Source of the DNA: Octopus bimaculoides
Taxonomy: Eukaryota
Assembly (NCBI RefSeq): GCF_001194135.2
Contig: NC_068994.1
Span: 21,568,718 to 21,614,376 of the forward strand
Length of the DNA: 45,659 nucleotides
Reading direction: 5' to 3'
Shown here piece after piece: positions 1 to 11,779 of the stretch; within the stretch, counting starts at the first letter, position 1; every line of letters begins with the position of its first letter. Under the pieces are notes generated by a model that was not told where the DNA came from, did no database searches, and worked only from the letters and a program-made list of their open reading frames with translations. The position numbers and the translations under genes were made by a program.

Positions 1-53
1 AAGTGGGTTATACATCATTAGATGTACACCACTTTCCTATATAAAATTAAGAA

Positions 54-350
54 TATAACGGAACGCTGAACTCCAGACTATCAACTCTAGCAACATTTAT
101 TCAGGTGGTAAATATATACATCTTTAGCTCTTGTTTGTTGTTACTGCTTCTGTGTTTGTGAGCATGGTTGTTGGGACGTTGGTATATAGATGTAAGCGAG
201 CTGTCTAGCGTAAGTTCGAAAGATGGAGAGAGACAGCTAAACACGTCCATGCTCAATTTCTGGCCAGCAAGAAAGAGACAGAATGAAGCGGGAAAGCTTG
301 CTTGTTGAATTCCACGCATGCGTGAGACTACGCATGCGCACGGCGTTACT
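54..350 (-). mobile_element. Solo LTR (Gypsy-like, 297 bp) with 4-bp target-site duplication
   Basis: Minus-strand ends AGTAACG...CGTTATA form an imperfect terminal inverted repeat; AGAA flanks both sides (50-53 and 351-354); TATATA at 183-188 and minus-strand AATAAA at 96-101 lie in LTR order. Confidence 0.6.
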
Positions 351-354
351 AGAA

Positions 355-2095
355 GACCATGGTAACCTCGGGCAGGAAAAGAAACACATGAGAGCAAAGC
401 GCTCTCTCTCTCTTTTGGATTTACAGGATCATGCTCAAAGTGGTTTCGTCATTCATGTATACCATCTTTGCTACATTCACCCACTTTTTATTGACACTTT
501 CATAAGACAAAACTTCCCTCTCTATTCTCACCTTCCTTTTCAAGTGGTACTTGAAAAAGTTGATGATCGATTGGCCAGAGAGGAAAGTGTTTGTCTCTAA
601 ACCTTTCGCATGAGTCCACCACACACATTCTTTCGCCATAGCCACCAGTACAATGAAAACTGCCTTGCCTTCCCGGTTAAAGGAAAGTGGCGGGGCAATA
701 TTCACGATAGACTCGGCCGATAACCGAATTCGTCCTACACGTGACAGCAGCCGTTCGACATAAGCCCACAAGTGCGTGCAGAACGGTTTCATCGCTCTGA
801 CCGCACTTCGGGAAAGTCGGTCCGGTGTTTCTCGAACCGTGCCTATAGAACTTATCCCAAACGGGCAATACTCCCCGATAGTACTGCTTGGCCAGGGATC
901 TCTGATGATTGTCCATAGGTCCCGGCCCGAAAGTGGTCCTGAAGAGGCGAGTCAGGTGTTCCTTGTCGACGCCCAGGTTCTCCTCAAGAATGTCGTCGCA
1001 CCTCCTCTCCACTAATCCTCTATAGAACGCCTTCGTGGAATTGGAGTCGCACAAGTTTGGTCCCGGACGGCAGAGTTGCTCGAGAGCAAGGCGGCACTCG
1101 CAGCGCCATCGCCTAGAATAGGTCTCTGTTTGATCAAAGAGACGAACTGCGGTAAAGCGTGTCTCACAAACGGCGACCATACCTGTTCACCGTCGTCTAT
1201 GAAGCGCCGGAGATGCCGCAGTCTCAGCGCATGTCTGCGCATCATCAAAACGCTTCCCTTCCACAAAAAGCGGAAGAGTATGCGTTCCAGTTTGGTGATG
1301 GTAGGATAAGGACAAGGAACGACGGTCAGACGGTAATAGATGACGGATGCCACCTCCGCTCGATCTTTTAGGGATAGCTTCCTCTCGGCCCATTGCTGGG
1401 TGAGAGAAGCCACCCTACTCGTTATCTCGTTCCAGTCTCCATTTGGAGGTCTGGTCCTAACCAGACCCCGAGCAATTTAACCGGTCCGTCGGTCCAGTGT
1501 CCCACAATGGAGACGCTGCTGGACAACATGGACTTGCTTCTGCCACTGACTTCTCCGAGTTAATTTTCGCCCCCGTTACTGCTTTGTATTCTTTCAGTGT
1601 CTCGCCGACCAGGTCGATATGCCTGTGGCTCCACTATGACGGTAACGTCGTCCGCGTATGCAGACACTCTCCTCCCGCGTCCCAGTTCTCGAAGGATGCC
1701 CCTCAGCTTCACCAGCTTCTGCAGTAGTGGCTCAAGAGTTAATACGTACAGAAGCGATGAGAGGGGACATCCTTGACGGACCGAATGCGTGAAGTTAAAC
1801 GGTCTTGATAGATGACCATTTACGCGAACTACCGAGTAGATGTCGCTGTACAAGGCCGCGATCAAACCACAGAAGACGGGACCGAAATAAGCCGCTCTAA
1901 GGACTGCCTCCAAGTAACGATGGTCGATCCTATCGAAAGCTTTCGATTGATCCAAATTGATCAGCGCCCCACCCACCTTGGGTTCCTTAACTGCCCCGTC
2001 TATGATGTAGCGCATCAGATAGAGGTTGTCATGGATATTCCTGCCCGGTACGGCACATGTTTGCGCCTTGTCGACTAGTTTCTCGATGATAGATA
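355..2095 (-). mobile_element. 5'-truncated, frameshifted Tx1/L1-clade non-LTR retrotransposon (RT, zf-RVT-like region, C-terminus)
   Basis: ORF 1560-2195 reads QTCAVPGRNIHDNL, LDQSKAFDRIDH, SVRQGCPLSSLLY, AYADD. ORFs 1012-1413, 677-1180 and 421-792 continue the L1/Tx1 ORF2 C-terminus (RFLWKG, CxxC ETVLHAL-like motif, LWAYVERLL). Confidence 0.9.
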
Positions 2096-2143
2096 GATAG
2101 ATAGATGGATGGATGGATGGACGGACGGACGCACGGATGGATG
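2088..2143 (+). repeat. Compound tetranucleotide microsatellite (GATA)n(GATG)n(GACG)n
   Basis: Read directly; lies between the Tx1 5' break and the next transposon end. Confidence 0.9.
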
Positions 2144-3400
2144 GGGTATCCCAAAAATGTATACACACTTTAAAAGGTGATAACTTAATTTTCATTTCTT
2201 TTCAGATTTTACTCATTAGAAATAACGAAGGGAACCAGACTAAGCTTTGAACAAAGAAAATTTATTCTTAATTGCTACTGAAAATATTAAAACGAAGTCG
2301 AAATGCAAAGACAATGCAGGAGATGAGCTTAAAACAGATTCACCTATGAGATTAACCATCACTTGAATTACAAATATGTTTAAGGGGGATGAAACTTCAT
2401 AATGTCCACAAGAAACGTTCCAGAAGACCGTGAACATCGACGAGCGTTACAAATCAAGAAAGGGTACTACAAACATTTTGCCAGAATTCAAGTAAATCTG
2501 TGTAGCAAGCGAGTCGTGAAACAGGAATTTCAAAATCAAAGCATCCATCGCATTTTAAAGTGCTGCTATTGGAAAAGTTACATTCCAAGAACAGTCCATG
2601 TTCTCAATGAAGATGATCTGAACTGTAGAGTGAAATTTTGCGAGTGATACTTGGCGCGATGCGTACAGGATGCATTCTTTACAACAAAAATTGTCTAGAG
2701 TGAAGAGGTTACATTAAAATTAAATGGCTCAATTAACTACTACAACTACACTTATTAGGAACATGAGATTCTGCATATTACGTAGGAACATCGTGTTAAA
2801 TAGTAGGAGATACAATATGTTGTAGCTTATCATCAAAAGAATTAATTGAACCTTTCTTTTTTTATGGTAATGTGGCTGATGGAGTTTTACTTTTTAACTT
2901 GCCGCGACAATCTGTCATGCCAAGAATTTAAGAGGACTTTCAAGAGATGACGTTCTATTTTCAGCAAGATAGGGCACCCTACAGTACCATAGTAATATAA
3001 AGGCCTACCCTGAAATTTTGTCAAATAAATTGGACGAAGAGGTTCATTAGAATACCCTCCACATTCATTGGACTTCGCACCACTAGACTTTTTTTTATGG
3101 GGGATACTTAAAAGACAAAGTTTAGGGTACAAAACCAGCAACAGTCGACGAGTTGATGGCAGCCATTGAACGAGGATGCGCAAAAATACCGAACGAAATG
3201 TTTTTTGATGTTTGCAATTTCATTGTTTGGTGTTACTAACAGTACCTGGATAAGAACGGTTATCTGTTTGAAAACAAGCGTTCATTATTAATAATATAAA
3301 ATTGTCTGCAGATATTTTAAAAAGTTTGAAAATGAAATATATTTTAATAAACACTAATTTTATATTAATTCAGTGGATGCGTACATTTTAGGAGACACGC
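2143..3400 (+). mobile_element. Degraded Tc1/mariner-superfamily transposon, DD41D (rosa/Visitor)-like
   Basis: Fragments SIHRILK...[15 protein letters not shown] (2402-2647), FQQDRAP (~2960), PLDFFLWG.LKDKV..KPATVDELMAAIE (~3080-3180). Degenerate TIRs GGGTATCCCAAAAATGTATACACAC (left) and GTGGATGCGTACATTTTAGGAGACAC (right). DD41D spacing is inferred because indels prevent an exact count. Confidence 0.75.
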
Positions 3401-6400
3401 AGGCACACATACACACTTTCAAGAAGCTATTTACTGAAATAAAAAGGGTTTGTGAGAGTTGTCTTCCCTTCCCTATGCTGTAGCGTTGCTTCTGCCTTAA
3501 AAACAAATACTGCAGGGACAACGTTTGTGAACAACGATACATGATTATAACATGATACCCACATTTGTAGCTACCAAAATATGTACACAAAGTATTACCT
3601 TCCTATAAAGCATCATATTGTTGCCAAACTTACATCTGTAAGAATATCCCGAATTTCAAAGCAAAGAGGTTACGTGAGAACCAGACTGCATCAATACCAG
3701 AACATGTGCAAATAAAATAGACCAAGTGATTGGACATTCAAAAAAAAAAAAAAAAAAAAATCATGCGACATTGCAGAGGTCAGCTGTCTAGAGGATGTGA
3801 ATGCTTCGTCTTAAGTTGTGGAAAAAGAGAACATCAAATACTATCGATTTGAGGGTTTTTTTTTCCTTTTAAGAATAAACAAATACGTATGTGTATACTT
3901 CTTTCGTATAGTCTTGTTTATTCATCGAGCAAGAATTAAGTACACGTATATCAAAGCTGATATTATTTGTGACCCCACCATACTACCATAGACACCGGAA
4001 ATATGCCGAATATCACGAGAAAACTCTGATATATAATCAAGATAACGGATTTATCTCGGCGAATACTTGTCCGACTTGGTAAAAAGAGCAAAGGTAAGGA
4101 GTTTGTGGTCTGTGAATATCGTAAACTCCCTTCCTTTCAGGAAATGACAAAAAGGCTTCACTACATGAAGTAATTCTCTTCCAAACGTGCTTTATTTAGT
4201 ACATCTCCGTGGGCTTGAGCTGGCGGGAAGAAAATGCCAGCAGTTGCAGAATTTCTTGGTCAGCTTGCTGTAATACTGCACCCACGGCTGCATTCAATTC
4301 ATCTATCACAAGCGAGAGCTTTGCATTGGATTTCGGGTGTACTAATATTGAAACGTTAGCCAGCGCCTGTTTGACAGTCTGAAAATCAGAAAACAAGTGA
4401 CGGTGAAAGGGAGATAACCTCGTTCTTCTTATGATCCTTCAGTAATGCTGTAAGTGATCTCAATTTTTTCTGCACAATTTGGGATGAATCCACGATAAAA
4501 ATTTACTAAACTGAGGAAATGGCGAAGCTACTGAAGAGAAGATGGAGGAGGGAGCTTCTGAATTGTCTGTACCTTCTCTGGGAGAGGACGAATTCCATCA
4601 TGGTCGATGATGTGGCCCAAACATTCAAGCGACGCAGAACCAAACACACACTTTGCCGGGTTGATTTTAACTCGATAATCGCGTAGACGCTGAAAAAGGA
4701 GCGTTGGGTGGTGGACATGCTCTTCTTTTGTAAGACTGGCGATGAGTAAGTCATCAATGTAGACATAGACGAAGTCGAGACCGTGAATGACATCGTCTAC
4801 AAACATTTGAAAGTTGCTAGCTGCGTTCTGCACCCCAAAAGGCATTGAAAGAAATTCAAATGAACCAAAAGGAGTAGTAACGGCAGTCTTTGGTATATCG
4901 TTTAGATTTAAAGGGATCTGGTGATATGCCCGGACGAGATCAACCTTCGAAAAAACAGTACTACCGTGCAAGGTAGAAGAAAAGTCCTGCAGAAGATGGA
5001 AAATGGTATTTGTCAGGGATCGTAATAGGATTTAATCTTTGATAATCCCCAACAGGACGAAAATCAGTAGATCCTTGAATTCCGCTTTTGTAGCCTTGAG
5101 TTTATTAGGAAGAAGACCGTGAGGACGAGCGAACACTGGTAGATCATTGGTGTGGATAAAATGTCTCATTGAACGTACAGGATCAGCTACGTTGAAGGTT
5201 AAATCGGTAAGCTCCGAGAAAGAGTTGAGAAGAGAATGGTATGTATCACCGGATACAGCACTAAAAATTACTGGGATTACAACAGGAGCGGACGCTGGAC
5301 AACCACGAACCGATAATTGCATTGAATTATCCAACAATCGCTGTTGGTGAACGTCCACCAACAGTGAGAAACGGTGGAGGAAATCTGCTCCAAGAATAGG
5401 ATAGGGTAGGTCCGCAATTTCGAAAATCCATTTAAGGTCCCTCCGGTGTGCCAAATCCAAGGAGAGAGATATCTGTCTGAACGTATCGATAGGAGAATGG
5501 TTGACTGCTTGCAGAGAAATCCGAGAGAGAACAGGCTTACTCAGTCACGAACTTTACCGGCCAGATGCTAATGAAGCGCCGGCGTCAACCATAAAATTCT
5601 TGTGCGAGTTACGGTCCAGCACAAAAATGCACGATTAGGGTTAGCGGGAGCTGCTGACGTGATCAGGGTCTTCCTGGTTAGTTTTCCTGGCGCGCATAAG
5701 AGCATGGCGGAAGGCATTTCCGCACCTTCATGCCAAAACGGTCATGGTACCAACAAAAACCATGTGGCGAGGCGGGCAACGAAGAATGCTGGCCACAACT
5801 GGTTGAATGGCCGCGATGCTGGAAACTTCGGGACGAACACAACCTCTGCACCAGCTTAGTCAGTTATAAAATGGTTTCTAAAGTTGCCGACTGAGTAGAG
5901 CTGCTGTTGGTCGGGAGCCGTGGCCATCGATGAAGTCACAGCAACGACTCTGTCTGTCGCGGGCGGATTTCTGGAAAATTCCATGATTTTATCGGCCGAA
6001 TTTGCGATTTGTTTGACTGAACTTCATTCGGCCATGGGCGCCAAAATTGACTGAACGTGTGACGGTAGGCGCGAGAAGAATAACTGTTTTAGAAGAGAGC
6101 TGTCTTCAGGGGACAAGTCTGTGAGGTCGCGAATGCAACGAAAAAATTCAGTGGGCTTTCTGTCATCCAAATGTTCGTAGTTTACCAGGGTCTGGAAACG
6201 GCGCTCGGCCGAAAGAGATGTCCTGCAAAGAACTTTATGGATGCATAAGTCGCGTCATGTGGTGTGTCAGTTATTAGATCCTTGAGTTGAGCAGCTAAGG
6301 CAACGGAAATGGCGCTGAGTAGAATGTTTAGTTGCTGCTGGCTGGACTGAATATTGCTCGCCACAAAGCAGTCTTCCACCTGAACAAACCAGAGACGGAC

Positions 6401-6584
6401 ATCACCGCTAAAACGGACAAAGAAGAATGCTGCATGTTGCTCCAGGGTACAGAAAATGTTGGATGATGGTCAGCGAGAAAAAGAAAAATATGCCGTACCC
6501 AGTGGGCCGCCTTAGGAAGAAGAATCAGACACATGTCAACTCTACACAATTATTTTTGAGAGAATATTCCACGTGAATATTCTT

Positions 6585-6599
6585 ACGTTGGGGTCACCA
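6585..6599 (-). promoter_or_regulatory. Primer-binding site complementary to the tRNA-Trp 3' end
   Basis: Minus-strand TGGTGACCCCAACGT matches the complement of eukaryotic tRNA-Trp ...ACGTCGGGGTCACCA at 14 of 15 positions (tRNA sequence from memory). Confidence 0.85.
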
Positions 6600-6602
6600 T
6601 TT

Positions 6603-7053
6603 TGGTGAAGAGTAAACATGAATCCTGTGTTCTTGTTTGTGTTAAGGTGCGTCTACTGGTGTGACAAACAACATCGAGTCAAAGTTAAACAACAACTTTT
6701 TATGATAGTGTTTATACAAAAATGGACGTGAATAAATAAAAGTCGTACAAACATGGTTACATCTTATGTGACTGACTGACGCTGAAAATGAAGAGAGTAA
6801 GAGATGCGCCTGCTACATAATGCGGTAGTAGTAATGGCCAAAGGCGAAGCAAACCAGCAGTCCTAGATGGCTGTGTCAGTTGACAAGTCAAACTGCCCAC
6901 AAGCGAGAGCGGTGAAAAGAGGGTAAAATCGTTGTCCCTCTTGGGTTTCTATAGTTCTGTAGCGGAAGTGCCATTGCAGCGTCACCTACTGATGATAGAA
7001 TAAGGAAACATCATTCTGCCCTGTTCCTTTTAGCCTTTATGGGCCTTGCTACA
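6603..7053 (-). mobile_element. 5' LTR of the CsRn1-like element (~451 bp)
   Basis: Minus strand begins TGTAGC and ends CACCA, 3 nt upstream of the primer-binding site. Confidence 0.7.
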
Positions 7054-7275
7054 CTATCATTGTACCAATCTTGAAAATAGTAATCGGTACAGCCCTTCAC
7101 TTCTAACCAAACAATATTAATACAATATACATTATATAGTGTGGTTTTGTATTACATATGTATCATATACATACGTTTTATATACGCAATTATTTTCTGT
7201 TGGTAATAAAAACTTTCTTATATTATACAATATAAAATATAACTACATATATACAATTGATATAACAGTTATATT

Positions 7276-7955
7276 TGTAAAAACTTACACTTCTTTTTTC
7301 CGAACTGAAATTTGAAACCGAATCTAAGGCTCGAGAGAAATTTCATTGTCCTGTCAAAAAGTAATGGATTGATTTCCCTTCGACCTATGACCTTAGCTGT
7401 GTCATTTAAGGTTCAAGTGGACAGGAGGCGACTTACATAAGTAGAAATTACTCCTGTGGTATGTCTGTCCTAGCTGTCATGACCATTATAAATACAGTCA
7501 GATAGCCTTCAAGCGGCAATTTGTCAAGGGACTACAGATAGCCATCACCAGGCGAACTGTCAAGAGACAAGCAGACAGCCAGCAAGTAACTTGCGCCAGT
7601 CAAGCAGCCAACATAGAACCACATATTCAGTATGAACGACCCAACACAGTAGCAGTCGCAGAACATAAACAGACACCACCGAATGACCAACGCACACACA
7701 GACACAAAACATACCCAGTTCTAACTAATCACATCGACACTATTTCCCCTGTTTATTTTCTTCTTCGCCTACTCGAAGCAAGTTGGTAATGTCATGTAGT
7801 AAATTTTCTGGTGTATACAATACGTAAATGCAAGCGTCAATTAAATAAATTATTTAAACCACAATTCGATGCTTTCCCATTGTTTTACTTCGATGTCATC
7901 CACATACCTATTTCGTCTGCTACCTCAACATCTTTCGCTACACCATCCTGCTACA
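7276..7955 (+). mobile_element. Candidate solo LTR (680 bp)
   Basis: TGTA...TACA ends, TATT on both flanks, internal TATAAAT (~7487) and AATAAA (~7845); less AT-rich than its flanks. The 4-bp flank match could be chance. Confidence 0.4.
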
Positions 7956-8499
7956 TATTAACACTAATACCAGAATCAGCATTGCACATCTAAGCTTCAT
8001 GTTCACACAAAAACTATATTGCAGTCGTTCAGGCTGCGAGTTCAGATTAAAACAAAAATAGCAGATGTGGTTCTCTGGACGCTACAAATTCCGTTACTTT
8101 TACGAAGTTTAATATCAGCTCGACAATACGCAGGCAAAAGTTCAAGGGAAGTAACTCTCATTCACTTGCTTCAGTGTTGCGAAGTCAAAGTTTATGATTA
8201 CACGAGTATACATAAATTTACTTATGTACGCGAATACACACACACACTGTTGTTATGTAACGATCAGAAGAAATACTCGATACAAATTTAGAGTGCAATA
8301 GTTTATCCAGGCCGCTCCATTGGTTTGTTGTACCTGAGTTTCGATTTGTCTCACATAGCGGAAACTCCAGGATAGGGCACTGGACCAGCCTAAATACCCT
8401 ACCCCACATGTATGTATGTTATTCTTTTTTCTGTTTTTAATTTAGTTAGTTTTGACTGGCCATTTACTTAGCTGCAAAGTTTTGAAGGAAAGGATCTTT

Positions 8500-8930
8500 T
8501 GTTCATTATCCCTTAAATCTTAAGAACGTCCTGCTGATTTTAATTTTCCTAAATAACTTCAACATTTGTAGCAAATATTAAAAAGTTGTATTCCCTCCCC
8601 ATGAATCCAAGTTCAGGCATATTTTGTTCCAGGTGGGTTGGTACGTATGATTTTGCTCCAATGATAATAGGTATGAAGCTGAAAGCATATACTGGGTACT
8701 GGATTTTCAAACTCCTTATCAATGGTCCATAGATGTTCTCTTTCTCCTGTATTTTTCTAACTACATGGGCGTCCAGAGGGTAGCTGGTTTCAACAACAGA
8801 GCATGTTTTATTTCCTTTGTAGTCCCACAATATCTGGTTGGTTGTATTTTAACTTGGTGGCTGTTTTAATTTTTAAGTTCTGCTAATATTCTTTTGACTC
8901 ATTGGTCTCAATATAGTCAACTTTGTCTTC
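8500..8930 (-). mobile_element. 3' fragment of a restriction-like-endonuclease non-LTR retrotransposon (R4/NeSL-type)
   Basis: IKTATKLKYNQPDI..WDYKGNKTCSVVE.SYPLD..VVRKIQEKENIYGPL..FSFIPIIIGA resembles the PD-(D/E)xK RLE domain. Confidence 0.7.
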
Positions 8931-8949
8931 TGAATTTTTCTTTTTACTT

Positions 8950-9754
8950 GTTCTGTTCCAGATAGTTCTGGCAACAGCATCAGATAATCTCTCACATTTT
9001 TGGCCAGTCACAGTGTTTATAATTCATTTGTTTCATTAAGGACATGCCCCAATAATCTTCATACAGTTGAGACAAAATTTTACTTTGTAATGTTTCCAAT
9101 GAAAAATTAGACTATAAAATTAATAAATTCTCATAGTAATTATTTGCATCATATTTAATCCAAAACTCTCTTAGATGAACATTTTAAATATTAAGTTTTT
9201 CCAGCCATGAAGACTTCATTAATAATTTCATGTATTTCAAATCCAGATTGAATATTACTTTCTTCAAAATTGTAATCAGGAACAGTCAATGAAATTTTAG
9301 TACTGGTATATCTTTATCAGAAGAATATGTGTTTAAGTTGCTTATGATTGGTGATTAATTAAAAATGCTCTGCACAAAAGAATTGATTAAATTTATGGAG
9401 ATGAAATACAATAGAAAGTTTCTTTGGATATTGCCATTAACGTGCATTCAATAGTTTGGATTTGTGGGCCAATTCCAGCACTACACCAACACTGAATGGC
9501 AACATATCTACGAAATTAGTGTCAAATTATTGTTGCAATGCATGAACTCTGTGGCTTCATTTATTTGTTTCAACCCAACAGCTCTTTTTCAAAATCAACT
9601 AAATATTTGAATGGTATATTCTTTTCTGTTAAATTATATACTGGTGTAGTAAAGCTTGCCATGATCTTAATGAGTGTTTGATATTCAACTTGTGCAAGTT
9701 TTTTAATTGCCTTGTCTTTTTTTCTAGATAATATTTTGCCATAAGAAATTATAG
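8950..9754 (-). mobile_element. Old Gypsy pol fossil, 3' part (RT end, RNase H, integrase zinc-binding region)
   Basis: ASFTTPVYNLTEKNIPF, DMLPFSVGVVL, KFNQFFCAEHF.LITNHKQLKHIF, ILSQLYEDYWGMSLMKQ...WP, reconstructed across stops and frameshifts. Confidence 0.65.
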
Positions 9755-11481
9755 TAGAGAGTGGAGCATAAAGATCTCCCACATTCATCATCATCATCAT
9801 CGTTTAACGTCTGCTTTCCATGCTAGCATGGGTTGGACGATTTGACTGAGGACTGGTGAACCACCAGGCTCCAATCTGATTTGGCAGAGTTTCTACAGCT
9901 GGATGCCCTTCCTAACGCCAACCACTCTGAGAGTGTAGTGGGTGCTTTTACGTGCCACCAGCACGAAAACCAGTCAGACGGTACTGGCAACGGCCACGCT
10001 CAAAATGGTGTATTTTACGTGCCACCTGCACAGGAGCCAGTCCAGCGGCACTGGCAACGGTCTCACTCGAATGTCTCTACACGTGCCAGGAAGGCAACAC
10101 TGGGCACAGGTGCCATCACGATTTCGCTTGCCCCAACAGGTCTTCGCAAGCAGAGTTTCATTGTGAATGAATATAAAAAGAGAACACAACCACCCTGGAA
10201 AAAATTTATTATATTTCTGAAAAGTACATAAAAAACAGTTTATATTACTGGGTTTTAAAAACTATATTGGGCAAATGGTGGCCATTGTTGGCAATACATT
10301 GATGCAATCGTTCCCAGAAGTTCTCCATGACTCTCCATGTCATCTCAGGTGGTATTGCATTGATTTCCTCATGAATCCTTTCTTTGAAATCCTCAAGAGT
10401 TCGAGGACGATGCTGGAAAGCTTTTTCCTTTAGGTATCCCCAAAGGAAAAAGTCACAAGGGCTTAAATCTGGTGACCTTGCCGGCTGCCCCACATCTCCC
10501 TTCAAAGAAATCAAATGCCCAGGAAACATTTCCCTCAACACTCCAAGTGAATGTTGTGCTGTTGAAACCATAGATGTTTGGTATCCAACCCATCCATTTC
10601 AGGGTGCAAAAAATTCTCCAACATTTCAAAGTACTGGCCAGAGGTAACCGTTACTGTTTCATCACCTTCTTCAAAAACGTATGGGCCAGTGACTCCAAAA
10701 GCAGCAATGAAGCAGTCTTTCAAGGAGTTCGTGAGGATTATGTTCAGCCCAGTAGCGAAAATTCTGCTTGTTAATGTTTCCATTGATATGGAAGTGAGCC
10801 TCATTGGTACTCAGAAGAACAGCTACAGCAAGAACTTGTGCAAGAATATCTGCACATAGGGCTTTACGATTGTTATGATTGGTGTCGGTTAATTCTTGAA
10901 CTAACATCATTTTGTAAGGATGCAGTTTCAAATCAGCATGCAGAGAATCCTCCTCAAACTTCAGCTAGATTTTTCTAATGCTATGCTTATGATCAGAATG
11001 CTTTGGTGATTGCTGAACAGATGCTATCATTAATGCTACATTTTCTGGAGTTTTAACGGTCCTAGGTCTGCCTGGAGATTTTCTTTTCAATGTGGATTCA
11101 GTTGCTTGAAGGTTAGAAATTCAAAGTAAAATCATTTTCTGGTGTGGTACAGATGCATTCCGACTGAGTGCAAAGTGTCTATGGAATGCTTGCTGTGTCG
11201 CTATTACAGATCGGTTGTTTTCATAATATCCTTGAACAACAAAGCCATGATGTTCACTGGTCTAATTCATGACGGGTTCTAAAAAAGAAAGAAATTTTTT
11301 GAGTAATGAATGAATATGAAAATGGTAGAACCTAAAAAAAGAAGTTTTTGAGTATTTAATAATGAATACAAAAATGATATATCTTAGTCTTCCAAATGAA
11401 GCCTGTTCCGTCTCTCTACTTTTACTGAAGTCCACATGGTGCAGCCTCCAAATGTGGGAGATTTTTATGCTCCACCCTGTA
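9755..11481 (-). mobile_element. Full-span inactive DD41D (rosa/Visitor)-like DNA transposon with TIRs and TA target
   Basis: 31-bp TIRs including the TA (TAGAGAGTGGAGCATAAAGATCTCCCACATT vs TACAGGGTGGAGCATAAAAATCTCCCACATT, 28/31). Transposase pieces LHPYKMMLVQEL, NEAHFHINGNINKQNFRYW, PARSPDLSPCDFFLWGYLK. The second catalytic Asp region is deleted, so DD41D is inferred. Confidence 0.9.
9786..10165 (-). mobile_element. 5'-truncated RTE-type LINE 3' end inserted next to the transposon TIR
   Basis: Minus strand ends CCAACCCATGCTAGCATGGAAAGCAGACGTTAAAC(GAT)n; contains imperfect ~65-70 bp internal repeats; the same tail occurs at 43032-43144. The RTE assignment is from memory of this tail. Confidence 0.75.
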
Positions 11482-11750
11482 TAATGAAGAGAACTGCATT
11501 TCCTTTATAACACTTTAAGCCATTATCACTTAACTCTTTAAATATTATTTCTAAATTATTTAAACGTTCCTCATTCATAATGCTGGTGAGGATGATATTG
11601 TCCAGTATACTGCACAATTTTTTATGTCAGATTACGTCTGATCAAACAAAATATAAAAATGTTCTAGATGCACTGGAAATCCCAAATAGCATTCATTTGT
11701 ACTTGAAAGGCATATTTATATGAAATAATTTTCGTGTCTCTTCTATTAAC
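11482..11750 (-). mobile_element. Old Gypsy pol fossil, RT core (continues at 9754 once the DNA transposon is removed)
   Basis: AFQVQMNAI...SILDNIILTSIMNEERLNNLEIIFKELSDNGLKC resembles the Gypsy YLDD...EHL.NL..V..RL...GL block. Confidence 0.65.
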
Positions 11751-11779
11751 CTGTAAATATGTGCCTTTTACACTGATTA

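Larger units (their letters stand above)
3995..7053 (-). mobile_element. 3'-truncated Ty3/Gypsy LTR retrotransposon, CsRn1-like (gag, protease, RT, RNase H; no integrase or 3' LTR)
   Basis: Gag with CWYHDRFGMKVRKCLPPC motif (~5700-5770); protease WIFEIADLPYPILGADFL; [40 protein letters not shown]; RNase H STFGREL, FTIFTDHK, IRHISG ending ~3995. Stops, frameshifts and a deletion near 5065. Confidence 0.9.

Noticed and set aside
101-2078. Short ORFs such as 101-397, 283-600, 776-1015, 1076-1309, 1497-1727 and 1812-2078
   Set aside because: They lie within the solo LTR or are antisense or off-frame shadows of the Tx1 ORF2.
9940-10090. Repeat-spacer-like units starting TTTTACGTGCCACC
   Set aside because: Only two to three imperfect tandem units inside a LINE 3' end, with no unique spacers and no cas genes; not CRISPR.
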